A DNA stretch of 64,000 nt from Hyaloraphidium curvatum SAG 235-1 (GCA_025558095.1 JAIVFI010000014.1:62001-126000), one strand, 5' to 3'. Positions 32,448 through 44,278 are shown, counted from the first letter of the stretch. The notes: generated by a model from the sequence alone, not told the origin. Made by a program: numbers and translations.

Positions 32448-34617
32448 TCACCCCGCAAGCCCCACCGCGCACCGCTGGTACGCCTCCAGCACGTTCCCGA
32501 ACCCCTTCACCTCCTCCCCCGCCCCGCCGGCGTCCAGATCCACGTTCAGCGTGGCCTCGTCCAGCTCCCTCGGCGTCGCCCTCCCCAGCGCCACCATCTT
32601 CCCCGCCACCTCGCGCAGCGGCCGCATCCAGCTGCCTCTTTCGGCGTAGCTCTCGAGGGCGGCGAGGCACGACGCGGCGTCGGCGTCCAGGCGCTCGAGC
32701 ACGCCGGGGGCCGAGGGGCCTGCGGCGATGCGCTTGCGGAAGCCGGCGAGGAGGCAGGCGACGCGGAAGATGATGGAGAGGCGCTTGTACGTGTGGTAAG
32801 AGAGGTGGGGATTGTACCTGAGCCTGCGATCGGCGACCGGTCAGCACGTGACGGCCGGCAGCGCGCCACGGAACCCACCAGTCCGCCAGCAGCCCCGGGA
32901 ACGCGAGCAGCTCGGCCAGCAGCGACGGGAGCGGCTCCTCGGGCCTCGCAAACTCGTCCGCCAGCGCGGCCAGCCTGTCCCCCTCCCCGTCGGGCACCGT
33001 CACGAGCCCCAACGAGCTCCACAGCTCGGCGCGGAGCAGCCACAGGGTCCAGAAGGTGGGCACGCGGTTGAATCCGTAGTGGAAGGAGCCGCTGGCGTCG
33101 GCGACCTCGGCGATGGCTTCGCCGGCGCGGCCGGCGAGGAAGGAGGCGCACAGGCCGGGGGGGAAGGCGGCGCGGACGGCGAGGAGGGCCGAGTCGAGGC
33201 GGGCGCGGCGGGCGAGGAGGTCGGCGATCGCGGGGTCGAGGGGGGTTGGTTGGATTGGCTGGGGAGATGCGGGATCGAGATCGGGGGATTTGGAGGGCAG
33301 CTCGGCGGGGGAGCTCAGGCCCGCGGCGAGGCAGAGGGAGAGAAAAACGTCGACCTCGGCGCGGAGGGTGTCGCAGAGGACGTCGAGGAGCTGGCGGTGC
33401 GAGATCAGGTCCTGCGAGAGGCAGGCCACAGCCGCCTCGCGCTCGGGGTCGCCCGGGGGCATGCGGACCCATGCCACGGCGTCCAACACCGGCGGGGAAG
33501 ATGGCACCGTGCGGGGATCAAAGTCTTCCTCGAAGGATGCAGCCCAAATGCCGGGCATAGGTGGCGCGCGGAGGCCTTCGAGGCGGATCAAGGGGAAGCC
33601 GGAGGCCGTCGACGGGTCCAGCCGCCGACGCACGTCCTTTTCCGATGCTTCGGCCATCAGGAGCGTCCACGCTATGCGCCGTGGCACGTGGGTCCGAATG
33701 AAGACGTCCCGGAGCTGGCGCACCTCGGGAACGGTGAGCTCCATCTCGCGCCAGTCCGGGCCAAAGAGCACGGTCGCCGCGTCTTCAAAGTCCGGGGTCG
33801 CGGCGCACCCGCTGGAGTCCACGATGCCCGTGAGCTGCGCCAGGTAGGCGGCGGCCTTGCGGAGCGGCGCCGTCAGCGAGCTAAGGCCGCGGAAGAGCGC
33901 CCAAATGTAAAGATTGACGACGGCCGCCACGGCCTCGTACTCAGCGGCGCCCGGTCGGGCCAGCAGCGCAGTGAGCTCGTCGCGGGCGGTGCGGAACAGT
34001 GCCCGCTCCCATGTGTCCCTGTCGTGGCCCTTCTCGGCGCCAGGGATATGCAATGCTGGATCGCAGTATGGCGCCATGAGCAGCATCGAGCACACGAGCA
34101 GGAGCGGCTTGTCGCTCCGGCGGTCGAACTGCACGCGGTGCAGCATCTGGATCGTCAGGTCGGCGGTGTAGAAATAGCAGTCCACTGCGATGTTTACGAC
34201 CTCCTGGTGGGGGAGCGTGGCACGGGTGGCTACGGGCAGCGGGATCCACAGGGCCGAGGGCTTGGGCGAGAACGGCGACGACGGCAGCACCGAGGGCAGC
34301 GCCTCGGGGTCCGAGAGTATCGTCGTGGCCGGGCCGGCGAGCAGCCGCCGCTCCGTGTCCGCCGGTGACTCGTCGGGAGGGACGCCCGGCGGCTCCTCCG
34401 CCCTGCCCCCCGCGTGTGGCCCGACCCGTCCCACGTCCTCGTAGTCCGGTGCGTCCCCCGCGTAGCCGCACAGCGGTGCGCGGCCGCCGGCCCGGCACCT
34501 GCCGCACGCCGGCCGACCCCCGTCGCAGAACAGCCCCGCTCCGGAGCACACGCGGCACGCCGGCCCCCGCCGGCCAAACACCCGCTGCGCCGCCGGCACG
34601 AACCCCGCCGGAGCCAT
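32448..34617 (-). CDS. Zn(II)2Cys6 fungal transcription factor (intron ~32880-32818)
   Basis: ACRVCSGAGLFCDGGRPACGRCRAGGRAPLCGY, plus a middle-homology-like region (VDCYF..MLHRVQF, RRIAW). Confidence 0.85.
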
Positions 34618-35924
34618 CGCGCGTCGCCACGGTGCGGAGCGCGGGATGTTGGGGCCGATATGTGGCACTGCGCACGGCCCGCGTCAGCCCCCAAGGCCCT
34701 CGCCAGCCACCGGATCGCGGAACCACAACCATGTGCTGCGCGTGCATATGCGGCGGCATCCAGCGGCGGCATCCAGCGGCGGTCCCGCTAGATGTCGTGC
34801 TGGCCGATGTGCTGCGGCCGGGCGGGTGCCCCCGAGCGCCGGCAAGGCAGGCGAGGATGGGTCCTTCCGGCCGTGATGCCTTGCCGCCGGCCACTCCCCC
34901 ATGAGGATGCCATCGGCGATCTGATCGCAGGCAGCGCGCAACTGCACAATGTGCGGTCCTCCATATCCTGGATTCGGGTCCGATCGGCGAGGGACGCGGT
35001 TCTGGCCATGTCACGGCTGAAAGGTTTGGCCGGAGTTCCTGGGTTCTGGTGCCTCCAAGGTTGCGAGCGACGGAACGGGTTCTCCGGACGTAATTCCGCC
35101 CCCGAACAGCGACTAGCTCCGGAAGCGAGTGTTCCGGCTCGTCGAACTGCCCTGTCCGCCGTCTGCCGCGGCCCGCGGCCCGGCCCCTCCCGGCCTTCCG
35201 CGCAGGCGGTGCCACCAGATATCACCCCGGCGCCACCAAAGTGGGACGTACTTAGGCAGCTGCCTAAAGATCGTGGGGTGGGCTCTCCGGTCGGCGAGGC
35301 ACGCCGGGCCGTTGCGTCGAATGCGAGTGAGTCCCCAAGAACGAGGCGCAATCGACCCCGCGCATAGCTAGTCAATTCGCGCCCGCTGTCTTTTCAATCA
35401 TGACGCTTGAGGTCGTGCTGTAGTAGCGGCACGACGTGGCCGGGGCGGTTGCTCCTCGGTTGATTGGAAGCCCACTCGCCTCGGTGGCCCGCCTCAAATC
35501 ATCTGGGACTCGGGAACCATTAAGACCAGCAGCAATGATACGTCCTTTGAGTTCGAAAATGGATTGCAATGTCGGACCACGGAGTGCAAGTGGTTATTCA
35601 GCGGAACGTCTTTCGGTTGTTGTTGGGCCGGCGAGGCCGTTAGTGGGCCGCAAAAGTGAAGAAGGCCTGCCCGCTGTGCGCGTTCGATTGCTATTCCGGC
35701 GTTTCTGAACTGATCCGGCTCGGCTTCGGGCTTCCTTTGGGACCTCTGGCCGACCGGGCGAAGTGTGGCGAAGCGCACAGCACAGCGGCCGATCGAAGCT
35801 TCCGCCGAGCCCCACCTCCGAAATCCCGGAACCCCGCCCCGCCGGTATAAGAAACCGGCGCCGCAAAATGGGCCCGCAGCACCACCCGAACCAAAGCAAA
35901 CACCACCGCCCCAAACCGACCGAA

Positions 35925-36269
35925 ATGTCTTCCGCCGACGTCCCCCTCGTCGTCCTCACCCCCGCCACCCTCACCCTCCGCGCGCCCGCACGGGAGCACA
36001 TCGAGGCCTCCATCGGCGGGCCCATCTCCACGATGGAGCGCGAGCGCCGTGCATCGGCCGCCGCCTCCTCGGACGCTTCCCGCTCCTCGTCCAAGAGGAG
36101 CTTCGCCTCGTCGGTCTCGTCGGCCTTCTCCAACGCGAGCAGGAAGGTCAAGAAGGGCCTCAAGAAGACGGGCGACGCGATCTTGGACTCGATTGCCGCG
36201 CCGTACCGGTACCTCGAGGACCTGAGCCCCGAAGAGGCATCTCGAGTGGGCTATTATTCGGCGTTCTAA
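35925..36269 (+). CDS. Small Ser/Lys-rich hypothetical protein, copy 1
   Basis: 114 aa with coding-like codon usage; clear paralog at 39622-39984. Confidence 0.6.
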   Translation: MSSADVPLVVLTPATLTLRAPAREHIEASIGGPISTMERERRASAAASSDASRSSSKRSFASSVSSAFSNASRKVKKGLKKTGDAILDSIAAPYRYLEDLSPEEASRVGYYSAF

Positions 36270-36749
36270 GGCCCGACGGATGCCAAAGGACATGAGCTGA
36301 GCTGTGGTCAGGGTGGAGAGGGGATACCGAGCTTCGTCGCAGTGTGTAAAGCTCAGAAAGACTGAAGACCATTCTGTTACGTCTCCCGCCCCGATTCATA
36401 TTCATTCCACGATCAAGCAGCAAGTCCACGACTGCGCGCGCTGCATGCCTGCGTTACCCTGGTCCCCGGCGATCCTTGCCGACTCCCGTCTTCATCCATG
36501 TGGCATTTTCCAACCGCTTTGGGATAAAACGTTCGGGCCGGGTGCGCCTATGGCGATGTGTGGCGCGCGAGTGACCCTCGCCACTCACCCGGCCAGCGCT
36601 TGCCACACGGGCAATTCCGCCAGCTCCCCAGCGCTCCTCCAGAGCTCACCGTGACCGCGGCGTGCCGCAAGTGAGACCGCAAAGTGCGTTGCGCTGGCCG
36701 CGGGCGCGGAGGCCGTGTTCTGACGCAGCTCGGGCGATGTCTCCCAGGG

Positions 36750-38910
36750 ATGGTCGCCGCACTCTCGCGCCCCGAGCTCTCCGCCGCCGACGACGCGACC
36801 ATCGACGATGCCGTGCAGCACGCCGATCCTATGGTCCTCCGCGGCCTGCTCTACCAGCTGACGGCCGACCCCGACGTCGAGAACACCAAGACTCGCACGA
36901 TGTTTGCGCTGTACAACAACATCGAGGTCGTCGAGGACAAGGACGTCCCGCTGCTCCGCGAGAAGGCCGCCGCGTACCTCAAGAAGCTCCGCGACTCGGG
37001 CACCCCCGAGGTCGACATCGGCCCGCGCGAGCGCCTGCCGAGGAGCCTCGAGCTGCTCCTGGGCCGCGAGCTCAAGGGCGAGTTCCTGCAGCACCACCTG
37101 GACGAGCTCGCCCTGGACCCCGAAGTGCGGGCGCTGCACTGGAAGGAGGAGCCGGATCCGGCCAGGCTGAAGGAGTTCAACGTCGTTGTAGTCGGCTCGG
37201 GGATGGGAGGACTGAACGCGATGATCCAGCTGCGCAAGGCGGGGTTCCCGTTCACGGTGCTTGAGAAGAACGACAAGTGGGTATCATCTCCGCATGTGCT
37301 TCTTGCCGAGCTTTGCTGATCTTGTCTTGGCCTTTCTTGTTTTTGTAGCGTGGGCGGGACATGGTACGAGAACCGCTACCCGGGAGCCCGCGTCGACACT
37401 CCGAGCCGGTCCTACACCCACGTCTTCGGCGTCGACTTCCCCTACCCGAACCCGTTCTGCGGGTGGACCGAGAACGTCAAATAGTGGGCGTCTGTTGCGC
37501 AGGCGATGCCGAGCTTTGGTGACCCCGCCGTTCCCGCCACTTTTCGCCAGCTTCAACTGGGTTGCGGACAAGTACGACCTTCGCAAGCACGTGCAGTTCA
37601 ACACCGAGGTCAAGAAGCTCGTGTGGGACGACAACACGGACCAATGGGTGATCGACGCCGTCGGCCCCGAGGGCCCGATCAAGCTGCGCGCGCGCGCCGT
37701 GATCACCTCGGTCGGCTTCCTCAACCGCCCCAACATGCCCGAGATCCCCGGCATGGAGACCTTTGCCGGCCGGTCGTGGCACACGGCCAGGTGGCCCAAG
37801 GACTTTGACCACGCGGGCAAGAAGATGATTGTGATCGGGACCGGGGCTACTGGCTACCAGCTGATTCCCGAGGTCGCCCTCACGGCCGCCAAGCTCACGG
37901 TGTTCCAGCGCACGCCGCAGTGGCTGCTCCCCACGCCGGGGTACCGCTCCCCCTTCCCGCCCCAGGTCAACTGGCTCGACCGCAACATGCCCTTCCACAC
38001 CAACTTCATGCGCGCCAAGGAGGCGACCCTGGACGCCCTGTACCACATCTCCGAGATCGACCCCAACTTTGAGGACGAGCACGCGGTGAACCCACTCGGC
38101 AAGCAGGCCCGCGAGAACTGCATCGCCTTCCTCGAGAAGAAGCTCGGCGACCCGGAGCTCGTCAAGAAGATGACCCCCGCGCACCCGATCTGGTCTGCGC
38201 GCGGCGTCGTGGTTGACTCGGAGTACAGCGTCGCGGACGCCATCAAGCGCGACAACGTGGAGCTGGTCACGTGCGGGATCGACCGGATCGTGCCCGAGGG
38301 CGTCGTGGACAAGGACGGCGTGATGCACGACGCCGACGCCATCGTCTACGCCACCGGGTTCCACGCCACGGAATGTGAGAGCTCGCCGCGGATCGCATTC
38401 CTGAGGTCCCGAGCTGACCGCACTTCGGCACCTCGCTGTTTCTCCTCAGACCTCTACCCCATGACCATCATCGGCCGCAACGGGCAGAAGCTCGAGGATC
38501 TGTGGAAGAAGGAGGGCGCGAGGGCGTATCTGGGCTGCATGGTCTACGGGTTCCCCAACCTCTGGAGCATCTACGGGCCCAACACCAACGGCGGCCTCCA
38601 GGTGGCCACGTTCCACGAGAGGACGGCCCAGTACGCGCTGCAGTGCATGGAGGAGCTGGTGCGCACCGGAGCCCGCTCGATGGAGGTCAAGCCCGAGGCG
38701 TTCTGGAGGTACAACAGGCTCGTGGATGCTCGGAACAAGAAGAAGTGCTGGTCGGACAAGCGTGCATCAAAGGGCCAGAACTACTACCATAGCAAAATCG
38801 ACGGGGACTGGGATTCCGGGAGGTCGGCGGTCATGTGCCCGTTCAACACGGAGGAGATGTCGGGTTTCCTGCGCAAGCCGGACTTCAACGACATGGAGAT
38901 TGTCGCCTAG
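36750..38910 (+). CDS. Type I Baeyer-Villiger monooxygenase, 4-hydroxyacetophenone monooxygenase-like (introns 37277-37348, 37484-37550, 38375-38449)
   Basis: GSGMGG, GGTWYENRYPGARVD, BVMO fingerprint FAGRSWHTARWP, GTGATG, ATGF and YGPNT, plus the long N-terminal extension characteristic of HAPMO. Confidence 0.92.
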
Positions 38911-38940
38911 GAGCTCGGCGGTGGGGGCGAGGTGCGAGAG

Positions 38941-39068
38941 GTGCGCAGGGAAGAGTGCCGGGAGTGGTTAGAGTTGGGATCGCTGCGGGGGCGTGCGGTG
39001 GTCGGGGTGGAGGCGGGAGCGGTGCGCAGGGAAGAGTGCCGGGGCCGGTCAGAGTTCGGATCTTTGCA
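38941..39068. repeat. Short imperfect direct repeat (~50 bp, two copies ~81 bp apart) in the 3' flank of the BVMO
   Basis: GTGCGCAGGGAAGAGTGCCGGG..GGT.AGAGTT.GGATC at ~38941 and ~39022. Confidence 0.8.
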
Positions 39069-39621
39069 GCGATGACGATGAAGTTTTGGACAGTCGGCTA
39101 CAGTAGGAATACGAATCAGCGCATTTCGATCATGTGGGCAGTTTGGCGACCCGCTTCGGTCTCGGGCTTCCGTGGGGTGGACCCGCGGACCCTCCACCTC
39201 GTTGCATTTCCCCTTCCCTATCGCGTATGCGCTGCGGCATGGGAGCCGAGTGCGCTGGTACTTCATCTTTTTCTATTGGCTTCGCCGGCTGGGCCGAACG
39301 GCCGCCGTGAAGGGTCCGGCTCCGGTGCGGAGAATTGTGTGCTGTGGGGCACAGCCTTCGAACGAACGTTTCGACCAAGCCTCCCAAGCGGCGGAGGTTT
39401 GGCGCAGCGCAGCAGCCCCCCGATCGATCAATGCATTTCATCGAGCTCGTCCTGGCGGAGGGATGAGGCGCGGCACAACAGCCCGCCGAACATTCCCGCC
39501 GAGCCCTTCGTTGGAAACTACTCGCACGTCAAAAGACACGGTGCCGCCAATGGTCCTGACACAGGTCCCACATTATACCATTATACCACTATACCTCAAT
39601 ACCTCCCGCGACGCTCCCATC

Positions 39622-39984
39622 ATGCTTTTCCGCTACGAAGCTGCCGTGTCTCGCCGTGGCGTCCGCGTCGTCACAATCACCCCTGCCGCCCTCACCCTCC
39701 GAGAGCTTGACGAGTTCATCGACGGCCCCATTCCCACGATGGAGCCCGACCGCCGCGAGACGGCCTCCTCGTCGGACGCCTCGCGCACTTTGAAGAAGAG
39801 CTTCGCCTCCTCGGTCTTGTCGGCCTTGCCCGCCGCGAGCAAGAAGGTCCGGAAGGGCCTCAAGAAGACGGGGAAAGTGATCATGGCCTCGTTTGCCGTA
39901 CCGTCTCGGGACGCGATCCCCGTGGAGGCACCGAAGGTCTCCAAAGACCGCCGGCCGCGTGGCGACGAATGCCACAGGACCTAA
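39622..39984 (+). CDS. Small Ser/Lys-rich hypothetical protein, copy 2 (possibly decaying)
   Basis: TPAALTLR..IDGPIPTME..SSDASR..KSFASSV.SA..ASKKVRKGLKKTG aligns with 35925-36269; the C-terminus diverges. Confidence 0.5.
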   Translation: MLFRYEAAVSRRGVRVVTITPAALTLRELDEFIDGPIPTMEPDRRETASSSDASRTLKKSFASSVLSALPAASKKVRKGLKKTGKVIMASFAVPSRDAIPVEAPKVSKDRRPRGDECHRT

Positions 39985-40123
39985 CCGGGCTCGAGAGAGA
40001 TAGAGGGTACCGCACGAAAGACCTTCTTCGCATTGCATTGCATCAAAACAAAAGAACCAAATCTGTTTTGCACTCGAAAGTCTGCTGCCGGAGCCAGTCC
40101 AGTCCATCCACAAGCTGCCATGT

Positions 40124-41224
40124 TTACGAGCTCCTCGACTGCCTGCGCTGCGTCGGCGGAGAATGCATCCACTCGTCCGACGGTACCGACGGCATGATCT
40201 GCACAGGGGCGGGCGAGGAGGGGACAGAGCCCCACGGAGCAGATCCCAGGCCGGAGGAGGCGGTGAAGAAGCTCGACGCGCCAGTGCGGTCCGATGCGTC
40301 CGTTGCCTCACGGTCCGCCTGAATGCCTTGGAAACGTCCGAGCTCCGGAGGCGCCGACCGCGACGCGACGCTCTCGAGCGTATGCAAGAAGAGCGAGCTC
40401 GTCTCGACGACCTTGGCTTCGGCCAAGTGCGCCGGGATGTGCTCCACCGTCGACGCCGCCACGGGATCCACCCCTTCCGCTTCCGCGGGCTCGTCCATGC
40501 CGAGGGCAAGGTCCTTGTGCCTGCGCAGGTACTCATCGATGATACCCGTGGTCGGAGTGGGGTCGGCGCTCGTGGCGTCCACATCCGGCATCGCTGACGC
40601 CTCGGGCTTTTCGGCCGCGTCCTCGAATACGTCCGCGTTTCCGTCTGCAGCGAGCTCGAACTCCTCTCCAACACGCGGCTCCGATTCCGAAAGGCTTTTC
40701 TTCGGGGCCTGGATCGCGGATTCGTAGGATCTCTGCTCCTCCAACACCACCCGTTCGGCCAGCTCGATGGTGTTCCGCAAGGCGGCCGTCTTGGTCCTCA
40801 GCCGGTCCCTTTCCCCGACCTTCTCGTCCGTCCTGCTCTGCTGCCTCTCCTCCTCCCTCTCGCAGCTGGCCATGTCCCGCTCGGCGAGCATGAGCGCCCT
40901 CGCCTTGGCCTCGAGAAGCCTCCTCTTGTCCTCCACCACCCGCTTCGACTCGTCCACCGCCCGGCGGCGCCTGTCCTCCTCGCGGCGTGCGTGGCGGCTC
41001 CCGCTCGCTTCGGCCGCCTGCTCGTTTTGGGCGCGGGCCATGTCGCGGAGGAGGGCTTCGAGCTCGTAACGAATCTGGAACACCCTCGGGTCCGAGAACG
41101 GGTCGCGGGGAGGCGGGCGCGGGCACTCGAGCTCGTAGGTTCCGTTGTAGGCCATGTCGTAGTAGCTTTCGTGGCGCTGCGGGGGACTGCGGCTGCGACC
41201 GCCGCCGACGTTCGAGTGGTGCAT
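40124..41224 (-). CDS. Coiled-coil hypothetical protein
   Basis: 366-aa ORF with a long E/R/K-rich helical region and a disordered tail. Confidence 0.6.
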   Translation of the reverse strand: MHHSNVGGGRSRSPPQRHESYYDMAYNGTYELECPRPPPRDPFSDPRVFQIRYELEALLRDMARAQNEQAAEASGSRHARREEDRRRRAVDESKRVVEDKRRLLEAKARALMLAERDMASCEREEERQQSRTDEKVGERDRLRTKTAALRNTIELAERVVLEEQRSYESAIQAPKKSLSESEPRVGEEFELAADGNADVFEDAAEKPEASAMPDVDATSADPTPTTGIIDEYLRRHKDLALGMDEPAEAEGVDPVAASTVEHIPAHLAEAKVVETSSLFLHTLESVASRSAPPELGRFQGIQADREATDASDRTGASSFFTASSGLGSAPWGSVPSSPAPVQIMPSVPSDEWMHSPPTQRRQSRSS

Positions 41225-41342
41225 GGTTGCTTTTGATCGCTGATGTCAGCGGTCCGCGGCATCACACACCAACAGATTCAGAATTACACGGAGCTCCTCT
41301 TCGTGCTTCGCCCGTGACATATCGACCGCAAAACTACCATGT

Positions 41343-43033
41343 CTACCATCCGTCGAGCAGCACCTCCCCGACCTTGTCCCTCCACTCCTGCGTCCAGTTC
41401 GTCGGCGCCATCCTCCACCTCCGCTCGTACCCCTTCCCGCCCACCAGCCTCGCCACGATTGAATACACCTCCGTGTTTCTCATCCCCCCGGAGATCCTGC
41501 TCCCCGCCTTGACGCCCGGCCCGTTGACGGCGAAGAAGGCCCGCATGTCCGGGTGGTCCGGCGCAAACCCGTGCGTGCCCCGGATCCACTTTCCCCTGCC
41601 CTCGCCGGTGCTCTTGATCACGAACGTCCAGCCGTCCACGGGCAGCGCGACGATGGGCGAGATGCGGCCCGAGTCGGAGTAGTGCCACTGGTCGGGAATC
41701 TCCTCCTTGAGCCAGACGCGCCACTTGCCGGCCGCGGGCCCGCTGTCCGAGGCGTTCTTCAGGCGCTCGTAGATGCCCTGCGTGTCGGACGCGTTCCGCG
41801 GCTGGATGAAGGCGATGGGGCTGTGTGTGATGACCTCGGCCAGGGACAGATCCAAGAAGTCGTCCAGCGCGATCGTCGTGTTGTCCTCGATCTGCGCCAT
41901 GCCGTGGTCCGAGAGCACGACAAAGGTGATTCCCGGCACGGCGGCCCGCGCGCGGGAGACGAGGTCGCCGACGGCCTTGTCGACGGCGCGGAGGGTGTCG
42001 TTCATCTGCGGCGCGTAGGGACCGTACCCGTGGCCGGTGGCGTCCACGTCGCCGATGTAGAGCATGGTGAGCTGCGGGCGGCCGGTGCGCGTTTCGGGCA
42101 GGGACAGCCATTCCACGACCTGGTCCACCTTGCGCGCGGCGGACCAGTTCGGGTCGAAATCGATCAGGTGCGTCGGCACGGTGTTGTTGGGACCGTGCGG
42201 AGCCATGGATCCCGGGAACATGACCGAGCCGGTGGTGACGCCATTGTACTCGAGCGTGGTCCAGATCTGAAACAAAGATTCGTTGTAAGTGTTGCGCTGG
42301 CGCGTCCGGTGCTGGAACTCACGGGCTCACCCAACCAGTACCTCGAATCACGCGCCGGACCGTGGTCAAACTTGCCCACCGTCGATCCCCCGTTGCCGTC
42401 CGGCTCCGCGACGTCCGGCGCATGGAATACATTGTTGACGATACCGTGCCAGATGGGCCAGAGCCCCGTCGCGATCGAGTAGTGGTTCGGGAAAGTGACC
42501 GAGGGGAAAACGGGGAGCATGTATTCAGCGAGAGCGCCCCCGTTGGCCAGAGAATGCAGGTTCGGGGTCACGTCCGGGGTCAGGTACGACGGGCGGAAGC
42601 CGTCCAGGGAAACGACCACGACCGTCGAAGTCCGCGGCGGTGGAGGAGGCGGGGCCGAAGGGAGAAGCAGATAGACGGCCACCATAATGAATGCCGTAGC
42701 TGCTGCCCCGATAAGCGTCCAATTCAGCGCGGCCTTCCGCGTGCCGGGTGCCCCGAAGCCGCCCGGCGGGGCGGCGTCGTAGCCCCGGAAGGGGTTCCCC
42801 GAGCGCCCGGTTTCCGCGGCATCGAGCAGGGCGTCGTCGTCCGCGTCGATGTCGATCGCGTCGTCGAAGTCCGAGTCCGTGGAGAAGCGGCTCATGGCGT
42901 GGTACGAAGGATTCCGGCCGTGGGCCGGTTTCGCGGCCGCCGGCGCGCCGTTGGACCCCGCCGCTCCACCGTCGGCCCCAGCACGCCGCGTATCCGGCGA
43001 AGCCCGCCCGTCGACGGGCGACGGAGAGCTCAT
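41343..43033 (-). CDS. Ectonucleotide pyrophosphatase/phosphodiesterase (NPP family), type II membrane protein (intron 42322-42267)
   Basis: TM anchor, SLDGFR, catalytic TFPNHYSIATG, DATGHGYGP, SDHGM and GTHGF. Confidence 0.93.
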
Positions 43034-43262
43034 GGCCTTGCGTTGCGCGAGATGCTTCCAGTTCAGTTGTCCTTAGCACGTTTCGTAACCCCAGCTCCAG
43101 CTTAGCGCCCGCTGCTACCGGAATCCGCGGCCCGCACTTTTGCCGCCGCAGGCATCTCCACCTACCGACTTCCGCGACCGTCGGCCTCGGTAGAGGCCTT
43201 CAGCTCGCACCCGACGGTCATCTGCCTTCCTCTCCCGCGCCTGCCGTGGTCCATAGCCTCCA

Positions 43263-44241
43263 ATGTTCACCGGCATCGTCGAGAAGCTCGGCCGCGTGCT
43301 GAGCGTCTCGGAGCTCGATACATCCGCATCGGGCGGCGGGGGTTTCTCAATTGTCATCGGGGACCTCGGAAACTTGCTGGAGGATGTGCACTTGGGGGAC
43401 AGCATCTGCTGCAACGGTACTGGACACCTGTGAAGCTGTACAAAGAGGACGCTGATCCTGATCTCGGCCCCGTACCAGGCGTCTGCCTTACGGTGACTGA
43501 GTTTGACGAGAAACGGACGTTCTTCAAGGTCAACTGCACGGCGGAAACCATCCGGAAGACTAATCTCGGTGGGTATCGGTCAGGAGCGGCGTGGGAAGTC
43601 GAATCGAGACACCGGCATTCGGAAGAGGGCTACAAACAACTCTCTGAGCCTGCTTTTGGGCCAGGAATGGCCGATTTAGCTGCGAACAAGCTCGCTCTCG
43701 GCTTTGGTGTCGCTACGTGTGTGCAGGACTGACGCTTTCCACAGGTGCTCTGAAGGCCGACTCGCCCATCAACCTGGAGCGCGCCATGACGGCCTCCACC
43801 CGCTTCGGCGGCCACATGGTGGAGGGCCACGTCGACACCATGTGCCGGATCGCCTCTATCGTCCCGGACCCCCCGAACTCGTTCCTCTACACCTTCAAGG
43901 TGCTAGACATCGCCGGCTCGGACGTCACGCCCAAGACGGCGTTCAATTACGTCGTTCCCAAGGGCTACGTCGCCATCGACGGCACGAGCCTGACGGTCGT
44001 GGACACGGACCCCGCGCAGGGTACCTTCCGGGTGATGCTGATCCCGCACACGCTTGCGTCGGTGGTGCTGGGCAAGGCAAAGGCCGGGGACGCGGTCAAC
44101 CTCGAAGTGGACATCATGGGGAAGTACGTCGAGAGGATAGCGAAGGGCATCCTCGAGAACGAGCAGGGCGGGCTGTTGGAAAACGTGGTTCGGCGGGTCG
44201 TGAAAGAAGAGGTCGAGAAGGCGCTGAAGGGCAAGTTGTAG
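43263..44241 (+). CDS. RIB5: Riboflavin synthase (exons 43263-43416, 43479-43568, 43745-44241)
   Basis: Invariant N-terminal MFTGIVE, GDSICCNGVCLTV, NLERAM, GGHMVEGHVD, KGYVAIDGTSLTV and NLEVD. Confidence 0.95.
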
Positions 44242-44278
44242 AAAGGCCTTTGTTTCCATTATGAGCTCTGGATGATAT

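Noticed and set aside
34745-34785. GCGGCATCCAGCG tandem micro-repeat
   Set aside because: About two copies of 13 bp, consistent with ordinary replication slippage.
34700-35900. Possible genes in the intergenic stretch upstream of the Zn2Cys6 gene
   Set aside because: The ORFs lack coding-type codon bias and motifs; this is probably promoter or UTR sequence.
43569-43744. Canonical FMN or TPP riboswitch in the RIB5 intron
   Set aside because: The conserved core sequences of these aptamers are not visible. Kept only as an unclassified structured-intron candidate.
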